A stretch of 64,000 nucleotides of DNA from NCBI GenBank assembly GCA_041655035.1, contig JBAZCN010000002.1, forward strand, positions 2,577-66,576. The letters are read 5' to 3'. The stretch is from Porticoccaceae bacterium. Its GTDB lineage: Bacteria > Pseudomonadota > Gammaproteobacteria > Pseudomonadales > Porticoccaceae. The notes beneath the pieces are model-generated. The model was not told the origin of the DNA, did not search any database, and saw only the letters and a program-made list of their open reading frames with translations. A program made the position numbers and the translations under genes. Positions 1 to 10,755 of the stretch are shown here, piece by piece (within the stretch, counting starts at the first letter, position 1; every line of letters starts with the position of its first letter).

Positions 1-543
1 GACAGGCAGTATGTCCGGGTTGCGGCACGGGGCAGCTTCGACAATGACCGGTCCATTCTGCTCGACAACCGTATCCGGCAGGGACGAGCCGGCTACGAGG
101 TGGTGACGCCCTTCGAAGCGACCCCCTCCGGAACTTGGCTGCTGGTCAATCGCGGCTGGATCGCCGCCGGGCCAACTCGCGACCAGCTGCCCGCTATTCC
201 ATCGGTCGGTGGCGAAGTGGCCATTTCCGGCTATCTCTACCAGTCTCCCGACAAACCTTTTACGCTGGGCGAGGAGCAGTGGCGGGAGCACTGGCCCCAG
301 GTGTTGCAGAACCTCGACGCCGAAGCCCTGGCCGGCCGCCTGGGCGTGGCGCTCGACGGCTATTCCCTGCGCCTCGACGACAGCGCTCCCGGCGCCCTGC
401 GGGTGGGTTGGGAACTGATCAACATCCAGCCGGAGAAACACACAGCCTATGCCGTGCAATGGTTTGCCCTGGCTGTGGCTCTTGTCGTCCTCGCATTATT
501 TGCCAATTCCAACTTGGGCGCTTTGCTGCGCCGTCGGAGATGA
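1..543 (+). CDS. SURF1/Shy1-family cytochrome oxidase assembly protein (5' end outside window)
   Basis: Frame 1 is open from base 1 (DRQYVRV...GRAGYEVVTPFEAT). C-terminal TM helix AVQWFALAVALVVLALF. Lies upstream of the COX15/CtaB/SCO genes. Confidence 0.8.
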   Translation, partial: DRQYVRVAARGSFDNDRSILLDNRIRQGRAGYEVVTPFEATPSGTWLLVNRGWIAAGPTRDQLPAIPSVGGEVAISGYLYQSPDKPFTLGEEQWREHWPQVLQNLDAEALAGRLGVALDGYSLRLDDSAPGALRVGWELINIQPEKHTAYAVQWFALAVALVVLALFANSNLGALLRRRR

Positions 544-547
544 ATTC

Positions 548-1171
548 ATGAATGATACGACTTCGCGATCCAGCGCACCGTTGCAGTTTGGGCTGATGCT
601 GGGAATCATCGTCGCCACCCTCGTTGCCGGCTTCGTGATGTTTCCCAGCGATCAGGCCGAGCGCGACGCCCTGCTCGGCCGGCTGGGCACAACCAACCAC
701 GGCACGCTGCTGCAGCCGGCGCTGCCGGTTGACGGGCTCCCGTTGCGCGATGACAAGGGTAATCCCTGGCGGTGGACAGAGCACAAGCCGAAGTGGCGGC
801 TGCTGATCCCGGCCGGCCGCGAATGTGACGAAGAATGCCGTGAACTGCTGTACGTCAGTCGCCAGGTCCACCTGCTGCTGGGCAAGTACACCGGCCGTTT
901 CGAGCGGGTCTACATCAATCTGGAGGACTCGCTCGACGTTGCCACGGCGCAGTATCTCGAGCAGGAACACCACTACGCGAAAGTGCTCGCTGCCGATCGG
1001 GCTGCTTTCGACACCTGGACCGAGGACAGCAACCTGCCCTGGGGGCAGGGTACAATGCCGGCCATCCTGGTCGATCCAGCGGGTCTGGCGATGATGTTCT
1101 ATACCGTCGATATTGCCGGCAATGACATGCTGGAAGATATCAATCACCTTCTCAGATATTCCCCGGAGTAA
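548..1171 (+). CDS. Membrane-anchored protein of the cox-assembly cluster, function unknown
   Basis: ATG 548 lies 4 nt after the SURF1 stop. N-terminal TM helix FGLMLGIIVATLVAGFVMF. Occupies the slot between SURF1 and COX15 seen in Pseudomonas-type clusters. No catalytic motif recognised. Confidence 0.6.
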   Translation: MNDTTSRSSAPLQFGLMLGIIVATLVAGFVMFPSDQAERDALLGRLGTTNHGTLLQPALPVDGLPLRDDKGNPWRWTEHKPKWRLLIPAGRECDEECRELLYVSRQVHLLLGKYTGRFERVYINLEDSLDVATAQYLEQEHHYAKVLAADRAAFDTWTEDSNLPWGQGTMPAILVDPAGLAMMFYTVDIAGNDMLEDINHLLRYSPE

Positions 1172-1183
1172 GCGAGACTAGCT

Positions 1184-2230
1184 ATGGCGCTGTTCAACCC
1201 GCCGTTACTGCGCAAACCAGGTTTCAAATTGGTCGGTGTCAGCTTTTGCCTGGCGTTCGTCGTTGTGGTGCTGGGCGCCTTTACCCGGCTTGCGGATGCC
1301 GGTCTCGGCTGTCCCGACTGGCCAGGTTGTTACGGGCATCTGCTGTGGCCCATCCAGGAGCACAATGTGGTTCGCGCCAACGAAGCCTGGCCCGACATGC
1401 CCGTCGACCACACCAAGACCTGGCCGGAAATGGTCCATCGCTACTTTGCCGGTACCTTGGGGATCTTTATCGTGCTGATCGTCGCTACCGCCTGGAAGCG
1501 GCGCGAAGACAATGGCTACCCCTTCCGCCTGCCGCTGTTCCTGCTGTTCGCGGTGGTCTGGCAGGCGCTGTTCGGGATGTGGACGGTGACGCTGAAACTG
1601 TGGCCGCAGATCGTCACGCTCCACCTGCTCGGCGGCATGACCGTGCTGTCCCTGCTGTGGCTGCTGCTGGTGCGCCTCGACAACCAGGCATGGCGCCTGC
1701 CGGCGGCCACTTACGCCAGGGCGGCAAGGCTCAAACCCTGGGTGCTGCTGGGCATCGTCCTGGTGGTTTGCCAGATCCTCCTCGGAGGCTGGACCAGTTC
1801 CAACTACGCCGCTTACGCCTGCCATGATTTTCCCACCTGCCATGGCGAGTGGTGGCCGCCCATGGATGCGAAGATGGGCTTCAACGTCTTCCAGACCATC
1901 GGGCCCAACTATCTTGGCGGGCTGCTCGAAAGCGATGCCCGGGTCGCCATCCATTTCACCCACCGGCTGGGCGCGATCGTGGTGACCCTCTACCTGCTGA
2001 TGCTGGTCGGGCGCGTTGCGATGCTGGGCAGCGCAAGGCTGAGAAAAGTGGGCCTCGCAGTGCTGGCTGCCCTCGTTCTGCAACTGGGGCTCGGGGTGAC
2101 CAATGTGTTGCTGCACATCCCGCTGTCGGTGGCGGTGATGCATAACGCCGGCGGTGCTTTACTGCTGTTGACACTGATTACCCTGGCCTGCAGGCTGTGG
2201 ATGGCGAAGGGGGAGGAAAACCCGGCGTGA
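1184..2230 (+). CDS. ctaA: Heme A synthase (COX15/CtaA family)
   Basis: Polytopic membrane protein with Cys/His motifs [22 protein letters not shown] and HFTHR, typical of COX15/CtaA. Confidence 0.85.
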   Translation: MALFNPPLLRKPGFKLVGVSFCLAFVVVVLGAFTRLADAGLGCPDWPGCYGHLLWPIQEHNVVRANEAWPDMPVDHTKTWPEMVHRYFAGTLGIFIVLIVATAWKRREDNGYPFRLPLFLLFAVVWQALFGMWTVTLKLWPQIVTLHLLGGMTVLSLLWLLLVRLDNQAWRLPAATYARAARLKPWVLLGIVLVVCQILLGGWTSSNYAAYACHDFPTCHGEWWPPMDAKMGFNVFQTIGPNYLGGLLESDARVAIHFTHRLGAIVVTLYLLMLVGRVAMLGSARLRKVGLAVLAALVLQLGLGVTNVLLHIPLSVAVMHNAGGALLLLTLITLACRLWMAKGEENPA

Positions 2231-3147
2231 CGGAATTGACTACTGAAGACAAAGCCAGCTGGAGGGATTATCTGGAGCTCACCAAGCCCAATGTGGTGGC
2301 CCTGATGATTCTTACCGCCTTGATCGGCATGTTTCTCGCCGTGCCGGGCATGGTGCCCCTCGACGCGCTGATCTGGGGCAACCTGGGCATCGCCCTGTGC
2401 GCCGGCTCCGCCGCCACCGTCAATCATCTGGTGGATCGCCATATCGACACCAAGATGGCGCGCACTTTCAATCGGCCGGTAGCCACCGGCCGCGTCGACC
2501 CTACCCATGCCATGCTGTTTGCCGGCTTGCTGGGTATCGCCGGTATGGCCGTGCTGGTGTTGTTCGTCAATCTTCTCACCGCCTGGCTGACCCTGGCGTC
2601 GCTGGTGGGCTACGCGGTGATCTACACCCTGTTCCTGAAACGGGCGACGCCGCAGAACATCGTCATTGGCGGCCTTGCCGGCGCCGCGCCGCCGCTGCTC
2701 GGCTGGACGGCGGTGACCGGCGAGGTCCACGGTTATGCGCTGCTGCTGGTGCTCATCATCTTTGCCTGGACACCACCCCACTTCTGGGCGCTGGCGGTAC
2801 ATCGCCGCGAGGAATACGCGAAGGCCGAGGTGCCGATGCTGCCGGTTACCCATGGCGACCGCTATACCCGTCTGCATATCCTGCTCTATACCATCATCAT
2901 GGTGGTGGTGACGGTGCTGCCTTTTGTCACAGGGATGAGCGGCTGGCTCTATCTGCTGGGCGCGCTGGTGCTCGGCGCCGGATTCCTGTACTGGGCCATC
3001 GTGCTGATGATCGGCAAGGATCCCGATGCCGGCATGGATACCTTCAAGTATTCCATCCTGTACCTGATGCTGCTGTTTATCATCATGCTGATCGATCACT
3101 ACCTGGTGACCGTGCCGGCCTTTCTGAGAGTGGGGTATGGGACATGA
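2227..3147 (+). CDS. ctaB: Protoheme IX farnesyltransferase (heme O synthase)
   Basis: UbiA-type motifs [19 protein letters not shown] and [17 protein letters not shown]. An in-frame GTG at 2227 overlaps the ctaA stop; the track ORF begins at 2197, so the start is uncertain. Confidence 0.85.
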   Translation: MTELTTEDKASWRDYLELTKPNVVALMILTALIGMFLAVPGMVPLDALIWGNLGIALCAGSAATVNHLVDRHIDTKMARTFNRPVATGRVDPTHAMLFAGLLGIAGMAVLVLFVNLLTAWLTLASLVGYAVIYTLFLKRATPQNIVIGGLAGAAPPLLGWTAVTGEVHGYALLLVLIIFAWTPPHFWALAVHRREEYAKAEVPMLPVTHGDRYTRLHILLYTIIMVVVTVLPFVTGMSGWLYLLGALVLGAGFLYWAIVLMIGKDPDAGMDTFKYSILYLMLLFIIMLIDHYLVTVPAFLRVGYGT

Positions 3148-3788
3148 ACACCAAGCGCAACATCTGGTTGACCGTCGCGGCCTGCGTCGCTTTCGCCCTG
3201 CTGATGGTGGCGGGCCTGGTTCACAAGCTCACCCAGCCGCGCATTCTCACCCCTTTCGAGATGCATGAATACGGCGCCATGCTGCTGGACAAGCCCCGCC
3301 AATTCAGCGACTTCGAGCTGGTCAGCCACCAGGGCGCGCCCTTTACCCGCGAGTCCCTGGAGGGCAAGTGGACGCTGATCTTCTTTGGCTTCACCCACTG
3401 CCCGGATATCTGCCCGACCACCCTCGCCACCCTCGACCGGCTGGTGAAAGTGCTCGATGACAAGGAAAAGGCCAGTATTCAGGTGGTGATGCTGAGCGTC
3501 GACCCGGAACGGGATACCCCGGAAAAACTCGCTGCCTATGTGCCCTACTTCAACCCGGACTTCGTCGGCGTGACGGGCAATCCCTATCAGATCCTCAATC
3601 TCGCCACCCAGCTGAACGTGATCTACACCAAAGTGCCCATTTCCGCCGATGACTACACCGTCGACCACAGTGGCAACGTGGTGATCATCAACCCCCGCGG
3701 CGACTACCATGGCTTCTTCCGGCCGCCCTTCGAGGAAGGCGCGATGCGGGTGGCGTGGCGTTCGCTGGTGCGCACTTTCAAGGGTTGA
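3144..3788 (+). CDS. SCO1/SenC copper chaperone for cytochrome oxidase
   Basis: ATG 3144 overlaps the ctaB stop (ATGA). Signal anchor, Cxxx[12 protein letters not shown] and a distal DHS His ligand. The upstream part of the 463-aa track ORF is out-of-frame ctaB. Confidence 0.85.
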   Translation: MNTKRNIWLTVAACVAFALLMVAGLVHKLTQPRILTPFEMHEYGAMLLDKPRQFSDFELVSHQGAPFTRESLEGKWTLIFFGFTHCPDICPTTLATLDRLVKVLDDKEKASIQVVMLSVDPERDTPEKLAAYVPYFNPDFVGVTGNPYQILNLATQLNVIYTKVPISADDYTVDHSGNVVIINPRGDYHGFFRPPFEEGAMRVAWRSLVRTFKG

Positions 3789-3813
3789 TGCGAAGGGAAC
3801 GGCCCCCGTAGAG

Positions 3814-3960
3814 CCTGCTCAACCAAGAAGCATCGAGAGCCCCCCACAGGGTGCGTCGACGAAGGAAACGCACCAGCGGCTGACATCGATCCCCCGGTGC
3901 GCTTCGTGCCTCAGCACACCCTATGCAGGGGGGCATCGCCCGTCAGAAAGACTTTGAACA
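3814..3960. repeat. REP/BIME-like composite palindromic element (inverted copy of the 63096-63359 unit)
   Basis: Contains AGGGTGCGTCGACGAAGGAAACGCACC (3848-3874) and GGTGCGCTTCGTGCCTCAGCACACCCTAT (3896-3924), plus flanks AAGAAGCATCG and AAAGACTTTGAACAGG shared with the 63-kb copies. Confidence 0.8.
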
Positions 3961-3964
3961 GGCT

Positions 3965-4750
3965 CTAAGCCCGCTGGCGGCGCAACAGGGAGGCGGCAAA
4001 CAGCAGCCCGGCACCGAGCACGATGGAGGGTCCCATGGGGGTATCCCACCACCAGGACGCGGCGACGCCGAGGCACACTGCAAGAGCGCCGGCGACACTG
4101 CCGAGCATGGCCATGCTCGACGGGCTCGAGGCGAAGCGCCGCGCCGTGGCTGCCGGGATGACCAGCAGCGCGGTGATCAGCAGCACTCCCACCACCTTCA
4201 TGGCGATGGCGATCACCAGCGCCAGGGTCAGCATCAGCGCAGCTTTCACCCAGCCGACATTGATCCCTTCGACCCTGGCCAGCTCCTCGTGCACGGTGAT
4301 CGCCAGCATCGGGGTCCAGAGGCGGTAGATCAGCGCCAGCACCACCCCCGCCGCCACCCAGATGCCGAGGGTTTCGAGCGGCGTGACGGCGAGCAGATCG
4401 CCGAACAGCAGGGCTTCCAGATCGACCCGGGCGCCGGGAATCAGATACATGGCGATGATTCCGAGCGCCAGGGAACTGTGCGAGAGAATCCCCAGGAGAG
4501 TGTCGGTAGCGAGGGTGTGCTGGCGTTGCAGGGCGAGCAGGCCGAGGGCGATCAGCAGGCAGATCAGGATCACGGCGAGCCCCGGGGCGATGCTGAGCCA
4601 CAGCCCGGCGGCGATACCCAACAGGGCCGAATGGGCGAGAGTGTCGCCGAAGTAGGCCATCCGCCGCCACACCACGAAGGCGCCGAGGGGCCCGCTGACC
4701 AGTGCGACCCCGAGGCCGGCGAGCAGCGCCAGCAGCAGGAAATCAGTCAT
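3965..4750 (-). CDS. znuB: Zinc ABC transporter permease
   Basis: 261-aa polytopic protein with [16 protein letters not shown], typical of ZnuB/ABC-3 permeases. 8-nt overlap with the znuC stop. Confidence 0.85.
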   Translation of the reverse strand: MTDFLLLALLAGLGVALVSGPLGAFVVWRRMAYFGDTLAHSALLGIAAGLWLSIAPGLAVILICLLIALGLLALQRQHTLATDTLLGILSHSSLALGIIAMYLIPGARVDLEALLFGDLLAVTPLETLGIWVAAGVVLALIYRLWTPMLAITVHEELARVEGINVGWVKAALMLTLALVIAIAMKVVGVLLITALLVIPAATARRFASSPSSMAMLGSVAGALAVCLGVAASWWWDTPMGPSIVLGAGLLFAASLLRRQRA

Positions 4751-5480
4751 GGCGACCTCCGCAGTGCTCCACTCCGCCGTGCAGATCGTGCTGGTGATCG
4801 TGACGGTGGGTGTAGAGCGCGGTGCGCACCCCGAACAGCTCGGTGTAGGCCGGGCTTGCCGATACCGCTTCCGGCGTGCCGTGACAGCAGACGTGGCGAT
4901 TGAGGCAGATCACCTGGTCGGTGGCGGCCATCACCAGATGCAGGTCGTGCGAGACCATGAGGATGCCGCACCCCGTTTCCCCGCGGATGAGGCTGATCAG
5001 CCGGTACAGGGCTTCCTGGCCGTTGATGTCCACGCCCTGCACCGGTTCGTCGAGTACCAGCAGCTCGGGCTTGCGCAGTAGGGCGCGGGCGAGCAGCACC
5101 CGCTGGGTCTCGCCGCCGGACAATGCGGTGACCGGGCGCTCCAGCAAATGCGGAATCTCGACCCGCGCCAGGGCATTCCGGCAATGCTCCGGATTGCGAT
5201 CCGCGAGGGCGAGAAAACCGCTCACCGACAGCGGCAAGGTGGTGTCGATATGGAGTTTTTGCGGCATGTAGCCGATGCGGATCGGGCGCGGAAACACCAC
5301 GTTGCCGGCGTCGGGCTTGAGCAGGCCGAGAATGATGCGCACCAGCGAAGTCTTGCCGGCGCCGTTGGGGCCGATCAGGGTCAGGATCTGGCCGGCCAGC
5401 AGATCGAGGCTCACATCGTCGAGGATGAGCTTGTCGCCGAGGCTCAGGCGTAGGTTGCGAGCATTGAACAGAGTGGTCAT
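4743..5480 (-). CDS. znuC: Zinc ABC transporter ATP-binding protein
   Basis: ATG 5480 ([10 protein letters not shown]). Walker [10 protein letters not shown], signature LSGGETQR, Walker B LLVLDEP, His-rich C-tail. The rest of the 484-aa track ORF is upstream read-through. Confidence 0.85.
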   Translation of the reverse strand: MTTLFNARNLRLSLGDKLILDDVSLDLLAGQILTLIGPNGAGKTSLVRIILGLLKPDAGNVVFPRPIRIGYMPQKLHIDTTLPLSVSGFLALADRNPEHCRNALARVEIPHLLERPVTALSGGETQRVLLARALLRKPELLVLDEPVQGVDINGQEALYRLISLIRGETGCGILMVSHDLHLVMAATDQVICLNRHVCCHGTPEAVSASPAYTELFGVRTALYTHRHDHQHDLHGGVEHCGGRHD

Positions 5481-5575
5481 CGAGCAGGGTTCCTGGTTGC
5501 GGCGGTCGGTGCACGCGCTGGTGGCAGATCGCCCAGATCGCCCAGATCGCCGGGCAACAGGTATCCCGCGTAGCC

Positions 5576-5599
5576 GAAAAGATATAATGTACCATTTTC
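5576..5599. promoter_or_regulatory. Candidate Zur box overlapping a perfect TATAAT (5583-5588) in the znuC/znuA divergent promoter
   Basis: GAAAAGATATAATGTACCATTTTC is an imperfect palindrome (GAAAA...TTTTC). It resembles the gammaproteobacterial Zur consensus GAAATGTTATAnTATAACATTTC. Confidence 0.4.
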
Positions 5600-5669
5600 G
5601 ATGGTGTCGCCAGAAGATACCAGCGGCGCGGCCGGGAACAGGGCTTGCGCCGTTCAACCGGGAGAGAGG

Positions 5670-6644
5670 ATGAAAGACGACATCACCGCACGCCGGGCAA
5701 GTTCGGCACGCCGCCATCTGTGGCCCTGGCTGCTGGCCGCCATTCTCTGTGCCGGGACGCCGCTGTCTGTCGCCGCTGGGCCGGTCACCGCCGAGTCCGC
5801 CGCCGTCGAGTCGGGCCGGCACAGCGAGCCCGAGCGGCCGCTGGTGGTGGCCACCATTCATCCCCTGGCGCTGATCATCCACCAACTGGCCGGCGATATG
5901 CTCGATACCGTCGGGTTGCTGGCGCCGGCTCAGGATCCGCACCACGCCTCCCTGAGCCCTTCCCAGCGCCGGCTGCTGGGGCGCGCCGACCTGGTGGTAT
6001 GGGTCGGACCGACATTCGAGAGCTTCATGGCCAGGCCTGTGGCGTCGCTGCCGGAGGATCGCGTGCTCACCTGGCTTGCCGGCGACAAGAATGGCCATCA
6101 CCACGACAGCGGCGGCCATTCCGCAACTGCGGGTGTCCATGGCGCCGACCCCCACATCTGGCTGGACATCGATGCAACCCGGGGATTCAGCCGCCAACTG
6201 GTGGCCCGGCTCGCCGCCCGCTATCCCGATCTCGCGCTACCGTTGGCGCAACGGCTGGTGGATTTCGAACGCCGCCTCGATGCCAGTGCGGCGCTGCTGG
6301 CAGGCCGCCTGCAACCCCTGCAGAGCGCCGCTTTCATTGCCGAACATGCCGCCTATGGCCCCTTCGTCGACCAGTTTGCCCTGCGGCTGGTCGGCAGTCT
6401 CAGCGACAGCTCGGGGGTAGCGCTCGGCGCAAGGAACCTGTGGCAGCTGAAAAACCACCGCGATATTGCCTGCGTGGTAGTGGAGCGGCCGCCGGGATCG
6501 AAGCTGGCGCGCCAACTGGCGAGGGGCCTGGATGTGCCGGTCGTCGTCATCGATCCGCTGGGTCTGGAGGTCGGTCTCGAGCAGGGCTACAGCGCCCTGC
6601 TCGAGACCGTGGCAGAGGGCTTCGAGCGCTGCCTAGGAGAGTAG
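5670..6644 (+). CDS. znuA: Periplasmic zinc-binding protein
   Basis: ATG 5670 follows GGAGAGAGG. Signal peptide. His-rich loop [25 protein letters not shown] is characteristic of ZnuA. Confidence 0.85.
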   Translation: MKDDITARRASSARRHLWPWLLAAILCAGTPLSVAAGPVTAESAAVESGRHSEPERPLVVATIHPLALIIHQLAGDMLDTVGLLAPAQDPHHASLSPSQRRLLGRADLVVWVGPTFESFMARPVASLPEDRVLTWLAGDKNGHHHDSGGHSATAGVHGADPHIWLDIDATRGFSRQLVARLAARYPDLALPLAQRLVDFERRLDASAALLAGRLQPLQSAAFIAEHAAYGPFVDQFALRLVGSLSDSSGVALGARNLWQLKNHRDIACVVVERPPGSKLARQLARGLDVPVVVIDPLGLEVGLEQGYSALLETVAEGFERCLGE

Positions 6645-7589
6645 CGCACCGGGCAGCGCCGGAGCGCCCTGGCGCAGGTCCAGCAGCTTGGCGCGGTATT
6701 CCCCGGGGTCCTTGTGGCCGCCATGGCCACCGGCGGCGAGCAACCGGGACAGCCAGAAGCGGGTGGCGGCGATGGCCAGCACCTCCGGCCAGTGGTGGAT
6801 CTCTGCGGCGCTGAACGGGCGAACCTGCCGATAGGCGCCGACCAGGGCGGCGAAGCGATCCGCGGCGATGGCGCCGGCCTCGCCCCGGCACCAGTCGTTG
6901 ACCGCCACGGCCACATCCAGCAGCAGCCAATCGCTGCTGGCGTTGTAGAAATCGATGACCGCCGCCAGCCGCCCGTCCGCGAACAAGCTGTTGTCATGGA
7001 ACAGGTCACCGTGGATGGCGCCCCGGGGCAGTGCCGGCCGCTCGGCCAGCAACTGCCGATACCGGCTCAACTGGCCGGCCAGCAGGGCGCGATCGCCGGC
7101 GCCGAGCAGCTTTTCGACTCCCTCGGCGGCAGCCATCATCCAGCCGAGGCCGCGACGGTTGTCGAGCGTTGCCGGCCAGTCGGCGGCGGCGAGATGGGCG
7201 CGCGCGAGAAAATCACCAATGGCGGCGCAATGCTCATTCTCTACGGGATCGGGATGGCGGCCGGCGATACGGTCGAACACCAGGGCCGGCTTGCCGGCCA
7301 GCCTGTGGATGCGCTCGCCGCTGCCGGCCGCCAGGGGCGCCGGGACCGGCAGCCGGCACTGGTGGAGGTGGGTGGCGAGACGGGCGGCAAAGTCGATCTG
7401 CTGGGCATCGGCGGTCTCCACCAGGGTGAGCACATAGCCACCTGCGCCGCCATTCCGGATGGCGCGGAAAAAATAGGTGGTATTTTCGACGCCTTCCGCC
7501 ACCGCCGTCAGTTCCCCCGCCAGTTCAAGGCCGAGGGTTGCCGCGAGGGGACGGAAGTCGCCGGGAGTAACCGGGGTGTAGGCAGCCAT
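6633..7589 (-). CDS. thrB: Homoserine kinase, APH-fold (Pseudomonas type)
   Basis: ATG 7589 (MAAYTPVTPGD). Kinase motifs AIHGDLFHDN and VIDFY. Adjacent to polA as in Pseudomonas. Confidence 0.8.
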   Translation of the reverse strand: MAAYTPVTPGDFRPLAATLGLELAGELTAVAEGVENTTYFFRAIRNGGAGGYVLTLVETADAQQIDFAARLATHLHQCRLPVPAPLAAGSGERIHRLAGKPALVFDRIAGRHPDPVENEHCAAIGDFLARAHLAAADWPATLDNRRGLGWMMAAAEGVEKLLGAGDRALLAGQLSRYRQLLAERPALPRGAIHGDLFHDNSLFADGRLAAVIDFYNASSDWLLLDVAVAVNDWCRGEAGAIAADRFAALVGAYRQVRPFSAAEIHHWPEVLAIAATRFWLSRLLAAGGHGGHKDPGEYRAKLLDLRQGAPALPGALLS

Positions 7590-7648
7590 TGAGGTCTCCG
7601 CTGGCAAACCCATAGTGTATCCTTGTGCCATTACAACAGGGACTTTCG

Positions 7649-10366
7649 ATGACGACAGACAATTTTCCTCTGGTATTGGTGGATGGCTCATCCTACCTTT
7701 ACCGCGCCTTTCACGCCCTGCCGCCGCTGTCCAACACCAAGGGGCAGCCCACCGGGGCCATCAAGGGTGTCATTGCCATGCTCAAACGGCTCGGCAAGGA
7801 CTACCCCGACAGCCATCTGGTGGTGGTTTTCGACGCCAAGGGCAAGACCTTTCGCGACGAAATGTTCGAAGAGTACAAATCCCATCGCCCGCCGATGCCC
7901 GACGACCTGCGCCGTCAGATCGAACCGATCCACGCCATCGTCCGCGCGATGGGCCTGCCGCTGTTGATCATCGACGGGGTCGAGGCGGATGACGTGATCG
8001 GCACCCTGGCCCGGCAGCGCGCCGAACAGGGGCTGCCGGTGGTGATTTCCACCGGTGACAAGGACATGGCGCAACTGGTCGACGACCACATCACGCTGGT
8101 CAATACCATGACCGACATCCGTCTCGACAGCACGGGGGTGGCGGACAGGTTCGGCGTCGGTCCGCAGCTGATCATCGATTACCTGGCCCTGGTGGGCGAC
8201 AAGGTCGACAATATCCCCGGTGTCCCGGGAGTGGGAGAAAAAACCGCTGTCGCCATCCTGCAGGGGCTGGGCGGGCTCGATGCCATCTACGCCGATCTCG
8301 AAGCCGTGCGCGGCCTCGATTTTCGCGGCGCCAAGAAAATGCCGGAGAAACTCCAGGAGTTTCGCGATCAGGCCTACCTGTCCTACCGGTTGGCGACGAT
8401 CAAGACCGACGTACCCCTGGAGATGGCGGGCGAGGCGCTGAGGCCCCAGCCGCCGGACAAGGCGAAACTGCTGGAGCTGTTCGTCGAGCTCGAATTCAAG
8501 GCCTGGAGCGACGAGCTGCTGCGCGACGACGAGGCGATCGTCGACCAGCCCGCGACGGAAAAATCCTGGCAGACGATACTCGACCAGAAGGATTTCGACA
8601 TTTGGCTGGCCCGGCTCGAAAAAGCCGAACTGTTCGCTTTCGATACCGAGACCACCAGCCTCGATTACATGGAGGCCGAGCTGGTGGGCCTGTCCTTCGC
8701 CATCGAGCCCCACGAGGCCGCCTACGTGCCGCTGGCCCACGACTACCTGGGGGCGCCGGCACAGCTGGACCGGCAGGCGGTTCTCGATCGCTTGAAGCCG
8801 TTGCTCGAAGACCCGGGCAAGAAAAAACTTGGCCAGAACCTCAAGTACGACATGAGCGTACTGGCTCGCCACGGCATTGCCATGCAGGGCGTGGCGTTTG
8901 ACACCATGCTCGAATCCTACGTCCTGGACTCCACCGGTTCGCGCCACGACATGGACAGCCTGGCGCTCAAATACCTGGGTGAGAAAACCATTAAGTTCGA
9001 GGAGATCGCCGGCAAGGGCGCGGGTCAGCTCAGCTTCAACCAGATCGACCTGGCCCAGGCGGCACCCTACGCCGCCGAGGATGCCGATGTCACCCTGCGC
9101 CTCCACCAGGTGCTGTGGCCACAGGTGGCGGCGATGCCCGCTCTCAAGTCCGTGTTCGAAGCCATCGAGATACCGCTGGTGCCGGTCCTGTCGCGCATCG
9201 AGCGCAATGGCGCCAGGGTGGATGCCGTGCTGCTCAAGGAGCAGGGCAAGGAAATCGCCGTGCGCCTCGACGAATTGGAGCGCGAAGCGCACGAGCTGGC
9301 GGGCCAGCCGTTCAATCTCGCCTCACCCAAACAGTTGGGGGAAATCCTCTTCGACAAGCTCAAGATCCCGGTGTTGAAGAAGACCGCCACCGGCGCCCCG
9401 TCCACCAAGGAGGAGGTGCTCCAGGAGCTCGCCCTCGACTACCCCCTGCCCCGGGTGCTTCTCGAGCACCGGGGGCTGGCCAAGCTCAAGTCCACCTACA
9501 TCGACAAGCTGCCGCGGATGATCAACGGCCGCAGCGGGCGGGTGCATACCTCCTACCATCAGGCGGGCACCGCCACCGGGCGACTGTCATCCTCCGATCC
9601 CAACCTGCAGAATATTCCGGTGCGCAGCGCCGAGGGACGGCGTATCCGCCAGGCATTCGTGGCGGACAAGGGGGCGCGTATTCTCGCCGCCGACTATTCG
9701 CAGATCGAACTGCGGATCATGGCCCATCTGTCCGCTGATGCCAGCCTGGTGCAGGCCTTCCGCGACGGCCTCGACATCCACCGCGCCACGGCCGCGGAAG
9801 TGTTCGACACCCCGCTCGACAAGGTCACCCAGGAGCAGCGACGCAGCGCCAAGGCCATCAACTTCGGGTTGATCTACGGCATGTCCGCCTTTGGCCTTGC
9901 CCGCCAGTTGCACCTGGGGCGCAACCAGGCTCAGCAGTACATCGATCTCTATTTTGCGCGCTACCCGGGCGTCGCCGCCTACATGGAAGGAACGCGCCGC
10001 CAGGCCCGCGAGCAGGGCTACGTGGCGACCCTGTTCGGCCGCCGCCTGTACCTGCCGGACATCAACGCCGGCAACGGCCAGCTGCGCCAGGCGGCGGAAC
10101 GCACCGCCATCAATGCCCCGATGCAGGGCACCGCTGCCGATATCATCAAGCGCGCGATGATCACCGTGGATCACTGGCTGGCCGCTAATGGCCTGGCGAC
10201 GCGGATGATCATGCAGGTGCACGACGAACTGGTATTCGAAGTTCCCGAGGGCGAGCTCGACCAGGTGCGCCAAGGAGTGGTCGAGCTGATGGCGGGAGCG
10301 GCTGAACTGGATGTACCGCTGGTGGTGGACGCAGGCGTGGGGCTGAACTGGGACGAGGCTCACTAG
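7649..10366 (+). CDS. polA: DNA polymerase I
   Basis: 5'-nuclease N-terminus [14 protein letters not shown], 3'-5' exonuclease [10 protein letters not shown], polymerase motifs [22 protein letters not shown] and QVHDEL. Confidence 0.95.
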   Translation: MTTDNFPLVLVDGSSYLYRAFHALPPLSNTKGQPTGAIKGVIAMLKRLGKDYPDSHLVVVFDAKGKTFRDEMFEEYKSHRPPMPDDLRRQIEPIHAIVRAMGLPLLIIDGVEADDVIGTLARQRAEQGLPVVISTGDKDMAQLVDDHITLVNTMTDIRLDSTGVADRFGVGPQLIIDYLALVGDKVDNIPGVPGVGEKTAVAILQGLGGLDAIYADLEAVRGLDFRGAKKMPEKLQEFRDQAYLSYRLATIKTDVPLEMAGEALRPQPPDKAKLLELFVELEFKAWSDELLRDDEAIVDQPATEKSWQTILDQKDFDIWLARLEKAELFAFDTETTSLDYMEAELVGLSFAIEPHEAAYVPLAHDYLGAPAQLDRQAVLDRLKPLLEDPGKKKLGQNLKYDMSVLARHGIAMQGVAFDTMLESYVLDSTGSRHDMDSLALKYLGEKTIKFEEIAGKGAGQLSFNQIDLAQAAPYAAEDADVTLRLHQVLWPQVAAMPALKSVFEAIEIPLVPVLSRIERNGARVDAVLLKEQGKEIAVRLDELEREAHELAGQPFNLASPKQLGEILFDKLKIPVLKKTATGAPSTKEEVLQELALDYPLPRVLLEHRGLAKLKSTYIDKLPRMINGRSGRVHTSYHQAGTATGRLSSSDPNLQNIPVRSAEGRRIRQAFVADKGARILAADYSQIELRIMAHLSADASLVQAFRDGLDIHRATAAEVFDTPLDKVTQEQRRSAKAINFGLIYGMSAFGLARQLHLGRNQAQQYIDLYFARYPGVAAYMEGTRRQAREQGYVATLFGRRLYLPDINAGNGQLRQAAERTAINAPMQGTAADIIKRAMITVDHWLAANGLATRMIMQVHDELVFEVPEGELDQVRQGVVELMAGAAELDVPLVVDAGVGLNWDEAH

Positions 10367-10387
10367 CGGGGCGTCGTCTTGCATGGC

Positions 10388-10416
10388 GGGAACTTGTCGG
10401 GCGGCTCCGGGTCATA
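10388..10416 (+). promoter_or_regulatory. SigmaE/AlgU-type promoter candidate (GGGAACTT-N16-TCATA)
   Basis: GAACTT at 10390-10395, a 16-nt spacer, then TCATA at 10412-10416. Matches the GAACTT-N16/17-TCnnA class. Confidence 0.45.
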
Positions 10417-10419
10417 CCC

Positions 10420-10533
10420 AGTGCAGGCAGTGAGTGATGTTCTCCCATTTGCTGTTTGCGATTAGCTTGTTCCCCTTTGTTAGAGCAAATGCACCCTGGC
10501 CCCTCCCCTCATCCTTGGGCCAGGGTTTTTTTT
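10420..10533 (+). ncRNA. Candidate sRNA 1 in the polA-engB spacer (Spot 42/ErsA locus)
   Basis: Internal stem CATTTGC...GCAAATG. Intrinsic terminator CCCTGGCCC(10494-10502)/GGGCCAGGG(10517-10525) plus T8, with loop CTCCCCTCATCC. The 5' end is inferred from the promoter. Confidence 0.5.
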
Positions 10534-10605
10534 GGCTGCAACCGGCGGTTTTTCCTGGGGATTCCAAGGAATCTCAAAAAAAAGCAAATTTTTTTCGATT
10601 CCTGT

Positions 10606-10632
10606 GAACTTTGAGTTTCAGGGCCGGTCTCA
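10606..10632 (+). promoter_or_regulatory. Second sigmaE/AlgU-type promoter candidate (GAACTT-N16-TCTCA)
   Basis: GAACTT at 10606-10611, a 16-nt spacer, then TCTCA at 10628-10632. Same geometry as the promoter at 10388. Confidence 0.45.
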
Positions 10633-10636
10633 GTTA

Positions 10637-10738
10637 CCGGTTAATGTCTCCCTCTTCGTTGTGAGCAATACCGGGAATCCTCTCCCCTCTTGGCTATCCC
10701 GGTCTTTGGTTACCGGCGCGCATGCGCCGGTTTTTTTT
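10637..10738 (+). ncRNA. Candidate sRNA 2, apparent paralogue of sRNA 1
   Basis: Stem CCGGGA...TCCCGG presents loop ATCCTCTCCCCTCTTGGCTA. Terminator CCGGCGC-GCAT-GCGCCGG (10713-10730) plus T8 (10731-10738). Confidence 0.5.
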
Positions 10739-10755
10739 GCCTGGGATTTGTGTTT

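Noticed and set aside
4743-6197. 484-aa track ORF suggesting a long N-terminal extension on ZnuC.
   Set aside because: The extension runs antisense through the znuA coding start and promoter and is Arg/Gly/Pro-rich. A canonical ABC ATPase begins at ATG 5480.
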